Shown here one piece after another: positions 38,809-49,014 of a stretch of DNA of 64,000 nt (positions are counted from its first letter, which is position 1; each line of letters starts with the position of its first letter). The position numbers and the translations under genes are program-made. The notes below the pieces were generated by a model, which saw only the letters and a list, made by a program, of their open reading frames with translations, did no database searches and was not told the DNA's origin. The stretch is taken from positions 32,001-96,000 of the IMG/VR virus record IMGVR_UViG_3300020450_000010; one strand, given 5' to 3'. The stretch comes from a virus.

Positions 38809-40193
38809 TAAAATGCACCTCCATTTCTAGGATTGGTATTTCTGTTGGGTTTTTCATATCCACCAGTTTGTGTTGTACTGCTTTTTGGATTATTAGGAGC
38901 ACTTTCATTACTATTTTGTATATTAGCTATATCGATATCTTTTCCTGCTAAATTAAGATCACTGCTAGCGGCACTTGCAATTTTTGTTTGCTGTTCTGTG
39001 TGTCCGCCCCAAGGTTCAGCTTCTGGAACTCTACCTGTAATACTTTGTTTTACAGTTCTATTCACACTTATGTTGTTATTTGTAGTTTTTGTTGCTTCTG
39101 ATGCTGGCGGTCCATTCAAATCAATTAAGGCGGCAGTAGTTCTACTGTTGCCAACAGCTTTTAGATGTAAATTTAAATCTGTTGTAAGTTTTATATCTTT
39201 GTTACTGTGCAAGTTTACTTCACCTGTTGCTGTTTCCATTTTTATTCCATCACTGCCTCTTGCTTTTATATTAATTGAATCAGCATCTAGTGCAAAATCG
39301 CCACCAACATGAAAATTTAAATCGTTTTCTGTGTGCATACTGATATCACCGCTACTGTAAATGTCTATTTTACCATCAGCACTGAGCTGAACCCAACTGT
39401 TACCTGCTTGATTGATTACATATACTATACCTGCTGTATCATTGAACAGCATTTGAGCACCACCAGCACTGCGTAATCTAACAAGATTACTGTCACCTGC
39501 TTGCCTATCTGTATCAGGACTATTACTAAACTCACTTGGCTTTACTGTACCATCATCCATTACAAAACTATGTCCTGTCGGTGTATTGAAGCCAAATACA
39601 TTACTAGGAGATTCTCTTCTAGCACTACTACTGCTTAGTCCCCTTACACTATCGAGTCCTAAACCTTGTTTTCCCAATGCACCAGCAAGAGGATGTCTAG
39701 GTCTTGCATTCTTATCCTGTGTTTTTTGCACTCCAGCATCAAATGTAGGACCAGCAGAGTTTGGTTCACCATCAACAAAACTAACTGCATTGTCAGGATA
39801 ACTGCTATTTCTTGTTGCATCAGGCAACACACCTATTACTATGCCTTCTTGGTCTTGTCCTGTAAATGCAACCAATACTTCTGTGCCAGGAGCAGGTGGT
39901 TGACTGCTCATGCCAAAACTTCTAGTGTGATCGCTAGCTTGATAAGAACCACCAAAAGGTTGTGCTCGTCTTACTCTAGTAAATTTTTGTTTTTCTTCCT
40001 TGCTGTCGACTTTGCCTAATCTACCGCCACCGATTATATCTACATACATGTAACCTTCGTATCTATCATCTACTACATCAACTACTTTAGCAAGTTTTAC
40101 ACCTTTGTATGGATTTAAACCAGCAATAGGTTCATCTGTAAATGCTTTAGGTGCTCGTGTGGTAAATCTCTGTTTGTTTAAGTTATCCGTCAT
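38808..40193 (-). CDS. Baseplate hub/central spike, gp5/VgrG-like
   Basis: OB-fold-like LAKVVDVVD...PPAPGTEVLVAF, then SSSARRESPS.VFG.NTP.GH.FVMDDG and beta-helix repeats; ATG at 40193 overlaps the upstream TGA (ATGA). Confidence 0.8.
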   Translation of the reverse strand: MTDNLNKQRFTTRAPKAFTDEPIAGLNPYKGVKLAKVVDVVDDRYEGYMYVDIIGGGRLGKVDSKEEKQKFTRVRRAQPFGGSYQASDHTRSFGMSSQPPAPGTEVLVAFTGQDQEGIVIGVLPDATRNSSYPDNAVSFVDGEPNSAGPTFDAGVQKTQDKNARPRHPLAGALGKQGLGLDSVRGLSSSSARRESPSNVFGFNTPTGHSFVMDDGTVKPSEFSNSPDTDRQAGDSNLVRLRSAGGAQMLFNDTAGIVYVINQAGNSWVQLSADGKIDIYSSGDISMHTENDLNFHVGGDFALDADSINIKARGSDGIKMETATGEVNLHSNKDIKLTTDLNLHLKAVGNSRTTAALIDLNGPPASEATKTTNNNISVNRTVKQSITGRVPEAEPWGGHTEQQTKIASAASSDLNLAGKDIDIANIQNSNESAPNNPKSSTTQTGGYEKPNRNTNPRNGGAF

Positions 40194-42943
40194 CCTAGTT
40201 TTTTCCCAAATGTTTGTAACCACTGCGGAGCTGTTACACGTTTTTTTGCATATCCTCCCCAGACAGCTACAGTTCCTTGTCCATACTTAGCCGCATTATC
40301 TAAATGGAAAACATTGTTGCCCATATAGCCATTACCTGCTCCAAATCCTGTTACACCTTGTTTTCTAGCTGATTCAAAAACTGATTGTATAAAAGGTAAA
40401 TCTTCTGCTCTATCACTGCGTAATCTTCTTCTGTTTGATCCAGTCCCAACATACAACGCAACATCTGCCGCATGTCCATTATCATGTCTTCTGCTTGCGC
40501 CACCCGGTCTACCAGTTGTATCATCTTGTCCACCACTGCGTACTTGTATGTCTACTCCTGTCTCAGCCGCTACATTTGTCAACATTTGTGATAAGTCTGA
40601 AGCAACTGCTAGCTTTCTGACACCTGCAATAGTTGATTGATCTTCTGTGTATGTACCAGATGCACCTCCGTTTAATCCATCTACAGGACCTAGATCAGAT
40701 TGATCGCCAGTTGATTCTTCTATCACTGGTTCGTTGTTTTCACCATCGCCATTGTCAACTTTTTCATCTTGCTGTTTAAATTCTTCTGCTTGACTTTTAA
40801 TTGTATTATCAGCAACACGACCGCTCATTAGTTCATCTATAGTAAATCCTACATTGGTGTTTACATCTCTAAATGATTGTAGTGTCATTGTAAATTGACC
40901 ATCACTGTAGGTTGCATCTACTCTTGTTACTCTGTACATACCAATAATGCCAAAGTTTTGTTCAGCAACGTCCATCAATCCTGATTCTTGATCAGGATAA
41001 GTTGGAAAATTCATATTTAAAAAGTAATGAACTCCACCAGTTGCATAGTTTGCTCCTTCAGTACTTGTTCTCATACCTTTAGGTGCGCCTAGCCAATAAG
41101 GATCTCCTCTGACAGAAATCATTTGCTGTACTAAATCAGCCATTGAATTTAAATTTATTTCAACAGCACCTAACATAAAAGCACCTTGATTTTTACTGTC
41201 TGGTGTTGCATCTCCTGTAGCTTTAGATTTAATTTGATTGTCATCAAATGTCAAAGGTAAAACTTTATCTGTTTCTTCAGGTTGTGCGCCTCCGAGTAAT
41301 TCACTCTGTGTAATGTAGCGTTTAGATACCGGAGCAAGTTCTCTTGCTGTACCTTGTGGTAAATTTTTATATTCTTCTTTCCAAAGTCTATCTGTTTCAA
41401 CTTTCTTTTCTGCCAAGCGTTTAATTTCTAATTTATTTCTCGTAATACTATTTTCTAAATCTGCAAATCTTCCTTCGTTGAATCCTGATGCTATTTCTTG
41501 TTCTGTTCTAGTACCTCTTAGTTTCTCTAGTTCATTTTGTTTATTACTAACTTCACTTTTTAATTTGTTTATATCATTGGCTAAATTAATTGATTGTCCT
41601 CGTAGTATGTTAAGTTCTTCAGTAGGGCCACCTTCTGGAGATACATTTTGAATTCTAGACGTCATATAACCGTGATTTAATGCCTGCAACTGAAAGTAAG
41701 TATTCTGTAAACTAACATCTAGGCTTAGGACTTCTGTGTTTAAACCTGTGTAAGTATAATCAAATCTTTTTGCTAGTAACCCTTTTTTAAATATTTCACC
41801 AATACGTCGTTTCTGCAAACTAGGATCTTTTAAAACCTGATCATAACTTAAAGGATCGTGTATTAATTCGGATACTACATGCGATTTGATTTTGTATGTC
41901 ATTTCTTTTTGATATCGTTTTTGTAAGTAGTCATACTTTAGATATTTTGTTTCTGTACGAAAAACATACCACTTGCTTAAATCTGCAAATGTCAATGCTT
42001 TAGCTTCACCTTGGTTTGCGGATTCTTTATGAAATCCTCCTTTTGCAGTTGGAAGTTTTCTCATATTATCTGTGTGCAATAAGGCAACAATAATTGCATC
42101 ACTTACCGCTGTTCCTTTTTCAAATGTAAATGAAAGTTTACCAGTGCCTGTGACACTTGTGCCTCCAAGGTCTGTGCTTGTGCCACCTTGGGTACTAGAA
42201 CCAAAAGCCCAACTCTTCCATTCTTCGTCGCCGGCGTCAACATCAAACTTATATTCAGTAGGATATGATATAGTCGTACTCTGTGTGACTCTAGACAATT
42301 CTTGTTCCATTAATCTTTCTTGAAATGTTTGAAGAAATTCACCAAAAGTACTTGCACTGAATGTGCCCATGTCTTGTTTTAAATGTAACATTTGAGGTCT
42401 AAATGCTTCTTGATGTGTTTCTATTAGATCAGCTCTATAGGATGTTGCACCGTCTGCATAATCAAATGTTAAACCAGTCATATTACAAACATAGTAAAAT
42501 GGACCAACCATATCTTCGTCAACTGTGCCATCAGGATTGTAGCCTATAAATTTTAATTCTAATAGGTAGCATGCATGCAAATGATTTTCTATTCCTAGTC
42601 TATTTGCCGCCAGTATAATTCTGTTGAAAAATGTTGCTCCGCCAGGTTCTACTAAATTCATAGAAAACATATTGGCTAAGCCACTTCTGTCTCTATTGCC
42701 TTTAAATGCTAGTACTAAAGATTGATTTACAGTTTGTATATTAATTTCTGCTTCTACACCTGATTCTGCCATTACAACAACTCTGTCAGAATCTGGCTTG
42801 GCAACTTCTTCAAACCGATGTGCTTGATCTGGATGCACCATCATCATCTTCCACTTGTAGGTGTAAGAGTCGTATCTATTAAGAATGTTATCTTGATAGT
42901 AATCAGTAAATTTTAACTTATCTCTGTATCCGGGTGGTGGCAT
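40190..42943 (-). CDS. Baseplate hub-like protein with C-terminal M15-like Zn peptidase domain
   Basis: NIL..Y.SYTY, VRGDPYWLG and GMYRVTRVD..YSDGQFTMTL hub-like motifs; C-terminal RSG...SRRHDNGHAADV...FHLD. Confidence 0.7.
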   Translation of the reverse strand: MPPPGYRDKLKFTDYYQDNILNRYDSYTYKWKMMMVHPDQAHRFEEVAKPDSDRVVVMAESGVEAEINIQTVNQSLVLAFKGNRDRSGLANMFSMNLVEPGGATFFNRIILAANRLGIENHLHACYLLELKFIGYNPDGTVDEDMVGPFYYVCNMTGLTFDYADGATSYRADLIETHQEAFRPQMLHLKQDMGTFSASTFGEFLQTFQERLMEQELSRVTQSTTISYPTEYKFDVDAGDEEWKSWAFGSSTQGGTSTDLGGTSVTGTGKLSFTFEKGTAVSDAIIVALLHTDNMRKLPTAKGGFHKESANQGEAKALTFADLSKWYVFRTETKYLKYDYLQKRYQKEMTYKIKSHVVSELIHDPLSYDQVLKDPSLQKRRIGEIFKKGLLAKRFDYTYTGLNTEVLSLDVSLQNTYFQLQALNHGYMTSRIQNVSPEGGPTEELNILRGQSINLANDINKLKSEVSNKQNELEKLRGTRTEQEIASGFNEGRFADLENSITRNKLEIKRLAEKKVETDRLWKEEYKNLPQGTARELAPVSKRYITQSELLGGAQPEETDKVLPLTFDDNQIKSKATGDATPDSKNQGAFMLGAVEINLNSMADLVQQMISVRGDPYWLGAPKGMRTSTEGANYATGGVHYFLNMNFPTYPDQESGLMDVAEQNFGIIGMYRVTRVDATYSDGQFTMTLQSFRDVNTNVGFTIDELMSGRVADNTIKSQAEEFKQQDEKVDNGDGENNEPVIEESTGDQSDLGPVDGLNGGASGTYTEDQSTIAGVRKLAVASDLSQMLTNVAAETGVDIQVRSGGQDDTTGRPGGASRRHDNGHAADVALYVGTGSNRRRLRSDRAEDLPFIQSVFESARKQGVTGFGAGNGYMGNNVFHLDNAAKYGQGTVAVWGGYAKKRVTAPQWLQTFGKKLG

Positions 42944-43242
42944 TAGTTAACCCCTGATGGCTTGTATTCTTTTGGAGCTTCTATTTCTATCCCTGCTTTG
43001 AAATCCATTACAGGATCTCGTAACTTATCTCTGTTATAGTGTGTAAACACCCACCAAAGTCTGCTGTTTCCGTACATGTCTTGCGCCAGTAAATCTGGTC
43101 GTCTATCATATTTTGCTTGTAGCGTAAATGAAATAATCCTGTCACTGAGATTGTCAATAGTTATAGTAGGATTGTATAATTCTAAAAACTTTCTATTCAC
43201 AACTGTATTAGCATAGTTACTACTATTACGATACTTTAGCAT
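42943..43242 (-). CDS. Baseplate wedge protein, gp53/LysM-like
   Basis: YDRRPDLLAQDMYGNSRLWWVF..YN...DP..DF.AG motif. Confidence 0.85.
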   Translation of the reverse strand: MLKYRNSSNYANTVVNRKFLELYNPTITIDNLSDRIISFTLQAKYDRRPDLLAQDMYGNSRLWWVFTHYNRDKLRDPVMDFKAGIEIEAPKEYKPSGVN

Positions 43243-43850
43243 TAGATAAATCCTTCTTTGTACATACTACCATTAATAAAACTATGTGTGCTGTAAACAT
43301 TCTTTTGTCTATCTGGATTTTGCTGTATACTTAAACCAATAAACATATTCATTATTACAGGAATATTTGTTCCATCTACATCTTTCAAATCTGTCTGACT
43401 ATCATAGTTAGTGCTGAAACTTTCAATCACAACAGGAACTAGATTAAATGAGTGTTCACCAAATGCACTAAAAACTAAAACAGGTGGCGGAGTACCAGAA
43501 CTTGGACTATTTCCTAAATCTTTGATACCAAAAAACATTTTACTAATACTGCGTAAAAAATGTATACAAGCAAGTGTATATCTGCCTTCTTCTTCGGTGA
43601 CACTAGCAAACTGTGCATTCATTTGTATGCTTGGACTAGGTGTATTTCTATATGCATTAAATGTATAATTTGTATGTGCCATATCATAAGGACTGTAATT
43701 TACACTTTGACTAAATGTAATGTCAGGTTGATAAGGAAACATAATTCCCCTATGAGGTTGTAAAGGTGCTAGTAAAGGATTACCAGTAAGATAAGTTCCA
43801 ACTGCACCAGGTTTAAGTTGTAGCTTTGCTCTATTATCTGCATTAATCAT
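43242..43850 (-). CDS. Tail tube/baseplate tube-initiator-like protein
   Basis: GIMFPYQPDI, HTNY, HFLRSISKMFFG, GTPPPVLVFSAFG and VPVVI motifs; baseplate context. Confidence 0.65.
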   Translation of the reverse strand: MINADNRAKLQLKPGAVGTYLTGNPLLAPLQPHRGIMFPYQPDITFSQSVNYSPYDMAHTNYTFNAYRNTPSPSIQMNAQFASVTEEEGRYTLACIHFLRSISKMFFGIKDLGNSPSSGTPPPVLVFSAFGEHSFNLVPVVIESFSTNYDSQTDLKDVDGTNIPVIMNMFIGLSIQQNPDRQKNVYSTHSFINGSMYKEGFI

Positions 43851-44427
43851 TTAGTTTGTCCTGTATAAAAGCATACATTTTTGGATTGACACTGCCAAAA
43901 AATTCTCTAAACTTCATCATTTTTTGATTGTCATTCAATGATTCTGATTTCATTGCTGTTCTAAAATCAGTAGCACTCATACCACCTTCTTGTATTGGCA
44001 CTTCATATATGTATGCTCCTTGGTCGCTAGGCACCATTTCAGCACCTGGTTCATAATCTCTGAGAAACCCACCTCGCTTTAATCTACCAGCATCTTTAGC
44101 ACTAAAAACTAGCACTACTGCTGTGTTGTTAGGGTCTTTACCAGTAATTGTTACGTCTGGTCTATAAGGCTGTGTTTGTACAACTTTGTTATTAGGTATT
44201 CCAAACATACTGCTCATAATCATTTTCTTTTCATCAAACGTAAATGGATCACGTTCTGGTGTCGCAGTTTTGCTGACTGTGGTAGCGATAAATACATTAG
44301 CGGAACCAAACTGTTCCACTAGATCCATGTAAACTTTATGATGACCTTTATGCATAGGCTGAAACCTTCCACCATAAAATACAGCAATGTCTGTAGCCAC
44401 ATCTTCTGTCAATTGTGCGTATTTCAT
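43843..44427 (-). CDS. Cytidylyltransferase-like nucleotidyltransferase (HxGH family)
   Basis: YGGRFQPMHKGH, DPFTFDEK and MSATDFR motifs; AGGAG RBS. Confidence 0.85.
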   Translation of the reverse strand: MKYAQLTEDVATDIAVFYGGRFQPMHKGHHKVYMDLVEQFGSANVFIATTVSKTATPERDPFTFDEKKMIMSSMFGIPNNKVVQTQPYRPDVTITGKDPNNTAVVLVFSAKDAGRLKRGGFLRDYEPGAEMVPSDQGAYIYEVPIQEGGMSATDFRTAMKSESLNDNQKMMKFREFFGSVNPKMYAFIQDKLND

Positions 44428-44445
44428 TACGATCTCCTATAGTTA

Positions 44446-44453
44446 TATTTATA
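44446..44453 (-). promoter_or_regulatory. T4-type late promoter TATAAATA heading the leftward tail block
   Basis: Exact consensus upstream of the RBS of 43843..44427. Confidence 0.75.
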
Positions 44454-44474
44454 GTAGAAATAAATGGGTAGTTA

Positions 44475-44503
44475 TTGACAACTCGCAATATAGAGTATAT
44501 ACT
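44475..44503 (+). promoter_or_regulatory. Sigma70-type promoter for the late sigma gene
   Basis: TTGACA-17 nt-TATACT. Confidence 0.8.
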
Positions 44504-44525
44504 GATAGAAATCAAAGGAATAACA

Positions 44526-45404
44526 ATGAGGAAACAAAATTATTTAAACAACAAAGACATGTTAAAAGAGATACACAAAAGCAAATTAAGTTTTTGTAGT
44601 GTTGTAGAAGATGATTATACAAGATTTGATGTAATTGTTGAGGACATAGCACACGTAAAAAATAAAGAAATAATTCAATTGGCAAAAGAAAATAGAGCGG
44701 CTCAATTGAGTAATCAAGCATATGAAGATGCTTATTGGACATGGCATGGAGATAGTAGTAGGAAAACTAGTCAGAAACCAAAGCAGATTAATTACAAGAT
44801 AGACCCAGATACAATAAATGAACATGACATCATTTTTAGATTAATGACATTCGAACATGTGCCATTGGAACCAGGTAGAAAAAGCAAACCAAAGACAACG
44901 GCTGATCATCATGCAAAATGTAATTTTCCTCCGTTTAAACATTTTGCTTACAAAGATGGCGAGCTTACTGAAGTTGTACGCAGTCATTGGGAAGGTGGTT
45001 TTGACAATGGTAAATTCAATGTAGGGCATGGTGCAATCAGTAACAATCTTGCTAAAATGTTTATTAAACTGTGTGAAAGATACAGTATGCGTAGCAACTG
45101 GCGTGGATACACTTATGTAGATGAAATGCGTAGTCATGCATTGTTACAGTTAAGTCAAATAGGATTACAATTTAATGAACTAAAAAGTCAAAATCCATTT
45201 GCATATTACACAGCCGCTGTGACCAACAGTTTCACAAGAGTATTAAATTTAGAGAAACGCAATCAAAACATTAGAGATGACCTTTTACAAGAAGCGGGAC
45301 AAATGCCTAGCTTTACAAGACAAATTGAACACGAAATGGCAGAACGTGCCAAATGGGACGAACAGGCGGACAAAGAACGCAAAGAACATGGATTTAACAT
45401 ATGA
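44526..45404 (+). CDS. Late-transcription sigma factor, T4 gp55-like
   Basis: NYLNNKDML...LAKMFIKLCERYS.RSNWRGYTY.DEM...FNE.KSQNPFAYYT....NSF.R.L..EK; ATG at 44526 follows AAGGA. The ORF-track TTG start lies in the -35 box. Confidence 0.88.
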   Translation: MRKQNYLNNKDMLKEIHKSKLSFCSVVEDDYTRFDVIVEDIAHVKNKEIIQLAKENRAAQLSNQAYEDAYWTWHGDSSRKTSQKPKQINYKIDPDTINEHDIIFRLMTFEHVPLEPGRKSKPKTTADHHAKCNFPPFKHFAYKDGELTEVVRSHWEGGFDNGKFNVGHGAISNNLAKMFIKLCERYSMRSNWRGYTYVDEMRSHALLQLSQIGLQFNELKSQNPFAYYTAAVTNSFTRVLNLEKRNQNIRDDLLQEAGQMPSFTRQIEHEMAERAKWDEQADKERKEHGFNI

Positions 45405-46183
45405 TACCAGAATATATTAGTAAAGAAGAACATACTACAAAATATCTTGTACAAGAATACTTAGATAACAGGACACGAGAATTTCCTAGTCAGATGAAGG
45501 AAAACTTTTTGAATCAAGAGGAAATAGATATAATAAACTACTATTGGCTCCATCCAAAAAGAACTCACTTCCTTGATACAAGTATGGTACCTATACAACA
45601 ACGTATTTTAGATGATCCAACCATTGATAGAACTGCCGAATATAATGTATTTTCAGATTTATATACTAATCCTTGGTGGACAGGGCTAAAAGAAATGCTG
45701 TATCCAAAAGTACGTAAATGGTTAGGACAAGATATTTGGATACCTCATTGTCATGTGTTAGACAGTAGATATCCATATGGAATTCATACTGATGCACAAC
45801 AAGCAGGTTTTAACAATGCACAACACCCAGCATGGACTATCATTGTTCCTTTGGAAGATTACAATAGTAAAACTTATGTATTCAATGAACCAAGTGTATA
45901 CAAACAGCCAGACGAACATGTTGAAAATTCTTCTAACTTAGATTGGACAGAAATTGAAAAGCAAGATATGTGTGTTAGTGAAGATATATTTGTTAAAGAT
46001 TTTGAAGCACTTGGAACGCAAAGAAGATGGTTGAAACTGCTTACAATCGACGGAACATTTCCTTGGAAAGCTGGTAGAGCAATATGCAGTGATAGATATA
46101 AACTGCATGGTTCTGACAACTATTATAATTATGGTATTACCAATAAACGTGCATTAATAATGTGGACCACACATTCAGGTTGA
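45401..46183 (+). CDS. 2OG-Fe(II) oxygenase-like protein
   Basis: HxD (GIHTD), TIIVPL, distal His (KLHGS) and terminal KRALI. Confidence 0.65.
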   Translation: MIPEYISKEEHTTKYLVQEYLDNRTREFPSQMKENFLNQEEIDIINYYWLHPKRTHFLDTSMVPIQQRILDDPTIDRTAEYNVFSDLYTNPWWTGLKEMLYPKVRKWLGQDIWIPHCHVLDSRYPYGIHTDAQQAGFNNAQHPAWTIIVPLEDYNSKTYVFNEPSVYKQPDEHVENSSNLDWTEIEKQDMCVSEDIFVKDFEALGTQRRWLKLLTIDGTFPWKAGRAICSDRYKLHGSDNYYNYGITNKRALIMWTTHSG

Positions 46184-46208
46184 CATCACCCACATCAGAA
46201 GCTACAAT
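46180..46208 (+). promoter_or_regulatory. Sigma70-type promoter for gp47/gp46
   Basis: TTGACA-17 nt-TACAAT. Confidence 0.75.
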
Positions 46209-46240
46209 GATAAGACTATAACTTCTATGAACGGAAAGTC

Positions 46241-47248
46241 ATGACATTTTTTAAACAAGCCGCTTGTTTTACAGATATTCACTTTGGCAATAAAAACAAC
46301 AGCAAACAACACAATAGAGATTGTAGTGAGTTTGTGGATTGGTTTATTGAACAAAGCAAAGACTGTGAAACTTGTATATTCTTAGGCGATTGGCATCATC
46401 ATAGAGCTAGTGTTAACGTGAGCACACTGAATCACAGTGTAGAAAATGTAGGCAAACTCAGTCGTGCATTTGAACATGTGTACATGATTATGGGAAATCA
46501 TGATTTATACTACAGAGAAAAACGTGATCTAAACAGTTTACCTTATGCAGGTCTATTTGAAAATGTAACACTAGTAGAAGATGCACTTGTAAAAGATGAT
46601 GTTGCACTTATTCCTTGGCTAGTAGGAGACGAGTGGAAAACCTTACAGAAAACAAAATGTAGATATATGTTTGGACACTTCGAACTTCCTTACTTTAAAA
46701 TGAATGCAATGGTGGAGATGCCAGACCATGGCGGTATAAATGCAGAACACCTACAAGGTCCTGAATATGTGTTCACTGGACACTTTCACAAAAGACAAAA
46801 TAAAGGCAATGTACACTATTTGGGTTCACCGTTTGGTCACAACTATGCTGACACATGGGACGACGATAGAGGTATGATGAAACTCGCTTGGGGAGGCACA
46901 CCTGAGTATATTGACTTTGGTGGACCTAGATACAGAACTGTGCCTTTAAGCAGACTAATTGATCAACCCGACTCTGTATTAAATGACAAGACATACTGTC
47001 GAGCAACACTAGATATTGCTATCAGTTATGAAGAAGCTAGCTTTATAAAAGAAACATTTAGCCAACAGTACAATGCTAGGGAAATAGCACTTATACCAAG
47101 TAAAAAAGAAGAACATGCACAAGACTGGAAAGTAGTTGATGACATTGAGGTTGAGAATGTTGATCAGATAGTGTATAATAGTTTGAACGCTGTAGACAGC
47201 GATATGATTGATAAAAAAATTCTAGTGGACATATATAACTCCTTATGA
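46241..47248 (+). CDS. Recombination endonuclease subunit, gp47/Mre11/SbcD-like
   Basis: Metallophosphoesterase motifs DIHFG, LGD, GNHD, GHFE and GHFH. Confidence 0.95.
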   Translation: MTFFKQAACFTDIHFGNKNNSKQHNRDCSEFVDWFIEQSKDCETCIFLGDWHHHRASVNVSTLNHSVENVGKLSRAFEHVYMIMGNHDLYYREKRDLNSLPYAGLFENVTLVEDALVKDDVALIPWLVGDEWKTLQKTKCRYMFGHFELPYFKMNAMVEMPDHGGINAEHLQGPEYVFTGHFHKRQNKGNVHYLGSPFGHNYADTWDDDRGMMKLAWGGTPEYIDFGGPRYRTVPLSRLIDQPDSVLNDKTYCRATLDIAISYEEASFIKETFSQQYNAREIALIPSKKEEHAQDWKVVDDIEVENVDQIVYNSLNAVDSDMIDKKILVDIYNSL

Positions 47249-49014
47249 TTACATTAAAAGATATAACAATTAAAAATTTTATGAGTGTAGGAAACGTAAC
47301 ACAAGCTGTACGTTTTACTGACAACGGACTTACACTTGTACTAGGTAATAATTTAGACTTAGGCGGAGACGGTAGTAGAAACGGTACAGGTAAAACTACC
47401 ATAATTAATGCACTAAGTTATGCTATATTTGGCAACGCACTTACAAACATACGTAAGGATAATCTTGTAAACAAAACAAATAGTAAACAAATGCTGGTTA
47501 CTTTGGATTTTGAAGTAGAAGGAACAAAATATAGGATTGAAAGAGGTAGAAAGCCAAATGTGCTTAAATACTATGTCAACGATCAAAACGTTGATGAAGA
47601 CGAAGCACAAGGTGAAAATCGTCAGACTCAAGCACAAATAGAAAAACTGTTTGGTATGAGTCACGACATGTTTAAACACATTGTTGCACTAAACACATAC
47701 ACCGAACCTTTTCTCAGCATGAGGTCAAATGACCAACGTGCGATAATTGAACAACTATTAGGCATAACTATGCTCAGTGAGAAAGCAGAGGTTCTCAAAG
47801 AACAACAAAGGTTGACTAGAGATGCAATCAAAGAAGAAGAATATAGAATTAAAGCTATTGAAGAAGCAAATTCCAGAATTGAAAAAAGTATTAGTGATTT
47901 GGAAAGAAGGCAGAAGATCTGGCGAGATAAACAGACGGCTGATGTCGAAAGTATCAAACAACAAATAAACACACTGGAAAAAATTGATATCAAAACTGAA
48001 CTGAATAATCATGCATTACTAAACGATTATTTGGAAAAAAAGAATCTGCGAGATCAAGCTGAAAAGTGGAAGTCAAGTATAGAAGCTGACAATAGAAAAC
48101 AAGACACACTTATAAACAAACTAGAACAAGAAGTTTTATCTTTAAAAGAACACAAATGTCATACTTGTGGACAAGATATACACGATGAAAAACAAGTAAC
48201 TATTTTGCGTGATAAAGAAGAACAACTCGGTGATGCACGTAATACAGTTATGACAAACACAGAACAACAAACAGAATGGCAACAAGCAATTGACGAATTA
48301 GGAGAGCTTGGTCAAATGCCAGTTACACATTACAATACACTACAAGAAGCATTAGAACACCAAAATACTCTCAACAATCTTAACACTGAAGTTAGCAGAA
48401 CCGAAGGAGAAAATGATACATATCAAGAACAAATAGACACACTCAGAGATACCGGCATGCAAGAAGTAGAATGGGATAATATGAATGATCTAAATGTTCT
48501 AAAGGATCATCAAGACTTTTTGTACAAACTGCTAACAAACAAAGACAGCTTTATTAGAAAACGTATCATTGAACAAAACCTACAATATTTAAACAGTAGA
48601 CTGGCGTACTATTTGACTAAACTAGGATTACCACACGAAGTACAATTCCAGCCTGATCTAACAGTTGAAATTACAGAACTAGGCAGAGATTTGGACTTTG
48701 ACAATCTAAGCAGAGGCGAACGCAATAGACTGATACTAGGACTAAGTTGGGCTTTTAGAGATGTATTTGAAAGTATGAACACACCAATTAACTTTTTAGC
48801 TATTGACGAACTTATTGATAGTGGTATGGATACAAACGGTGTTGACAGTGCATTAAGTGTACTTAAAAAAATTGAACGTGAACGTAACAAAAACATATTT
48901 TTAATCTCACACAGAGATGAACTTGTAGGTCGTGTAAACACAATACTACAAGTAATAAAAGAAGGTGGCTTTACTATGTTCAGTAATGATACGGAATTTG
49001 TAGATGCGAAGTAG
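47245..49014 (+). CDS. Recombination ATPase subunit, gp46/Rad50/SbcC-like
   Basis: Walker A NGTGKTT, zinc hook CHTCGQ, signature LSRGE, Walker B IDELID and ISH. Confidence 0.95.
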   Translation: MITLKDITIKNFMSVGNVTQAVRFTDNGLTLVLGNNLDLGGDGSRNGTGKTTIINALSYAIFGNALTNIRKDNLVNKTNSKQMLVTLDFEVEGTKYRIERGRKPNVLKYYVNDQNVDEDEAQGENRQTQAQIEKLFGMSHDMFKHIVALNTYTEPFLSMRSNDQRAIIEQLLGITMLSEKAEVLKEQQRLTRDAIKEEEYRIKAIEEANSRIEKSISDLERRQKIWRDKQTADVESIKQQINTLEKIDIKTELNNHALLNDYLEKKNLRDQAEKWKSSIEADNRKQDTLINKLEQEVLSLKEHKCHTCGQDIHDEKQVTILRDKEEQLGDARNTVMTNTEQQTEWQQAIDELGELGQMPVTHYNTLQEALEHQNTLNNLNTEVSRTEGENDTYQEQIDTLRDTGMQEVEWDNMNDLNVLKDHQDFLYKLLTNKDSFIRKRIIEQNLQYLNSRLAYYLTKLGLPHEVQFQPDLTVEITELGRDLDFDNLSRGERNRLILGLSWAFRDVFESMNTPINFLAIDELIDSGMDTNGVDSALSVLKKIERERNKNIFLISHRDELVGRVNTILQVIKEGGFTMFSNDTEFVDAK

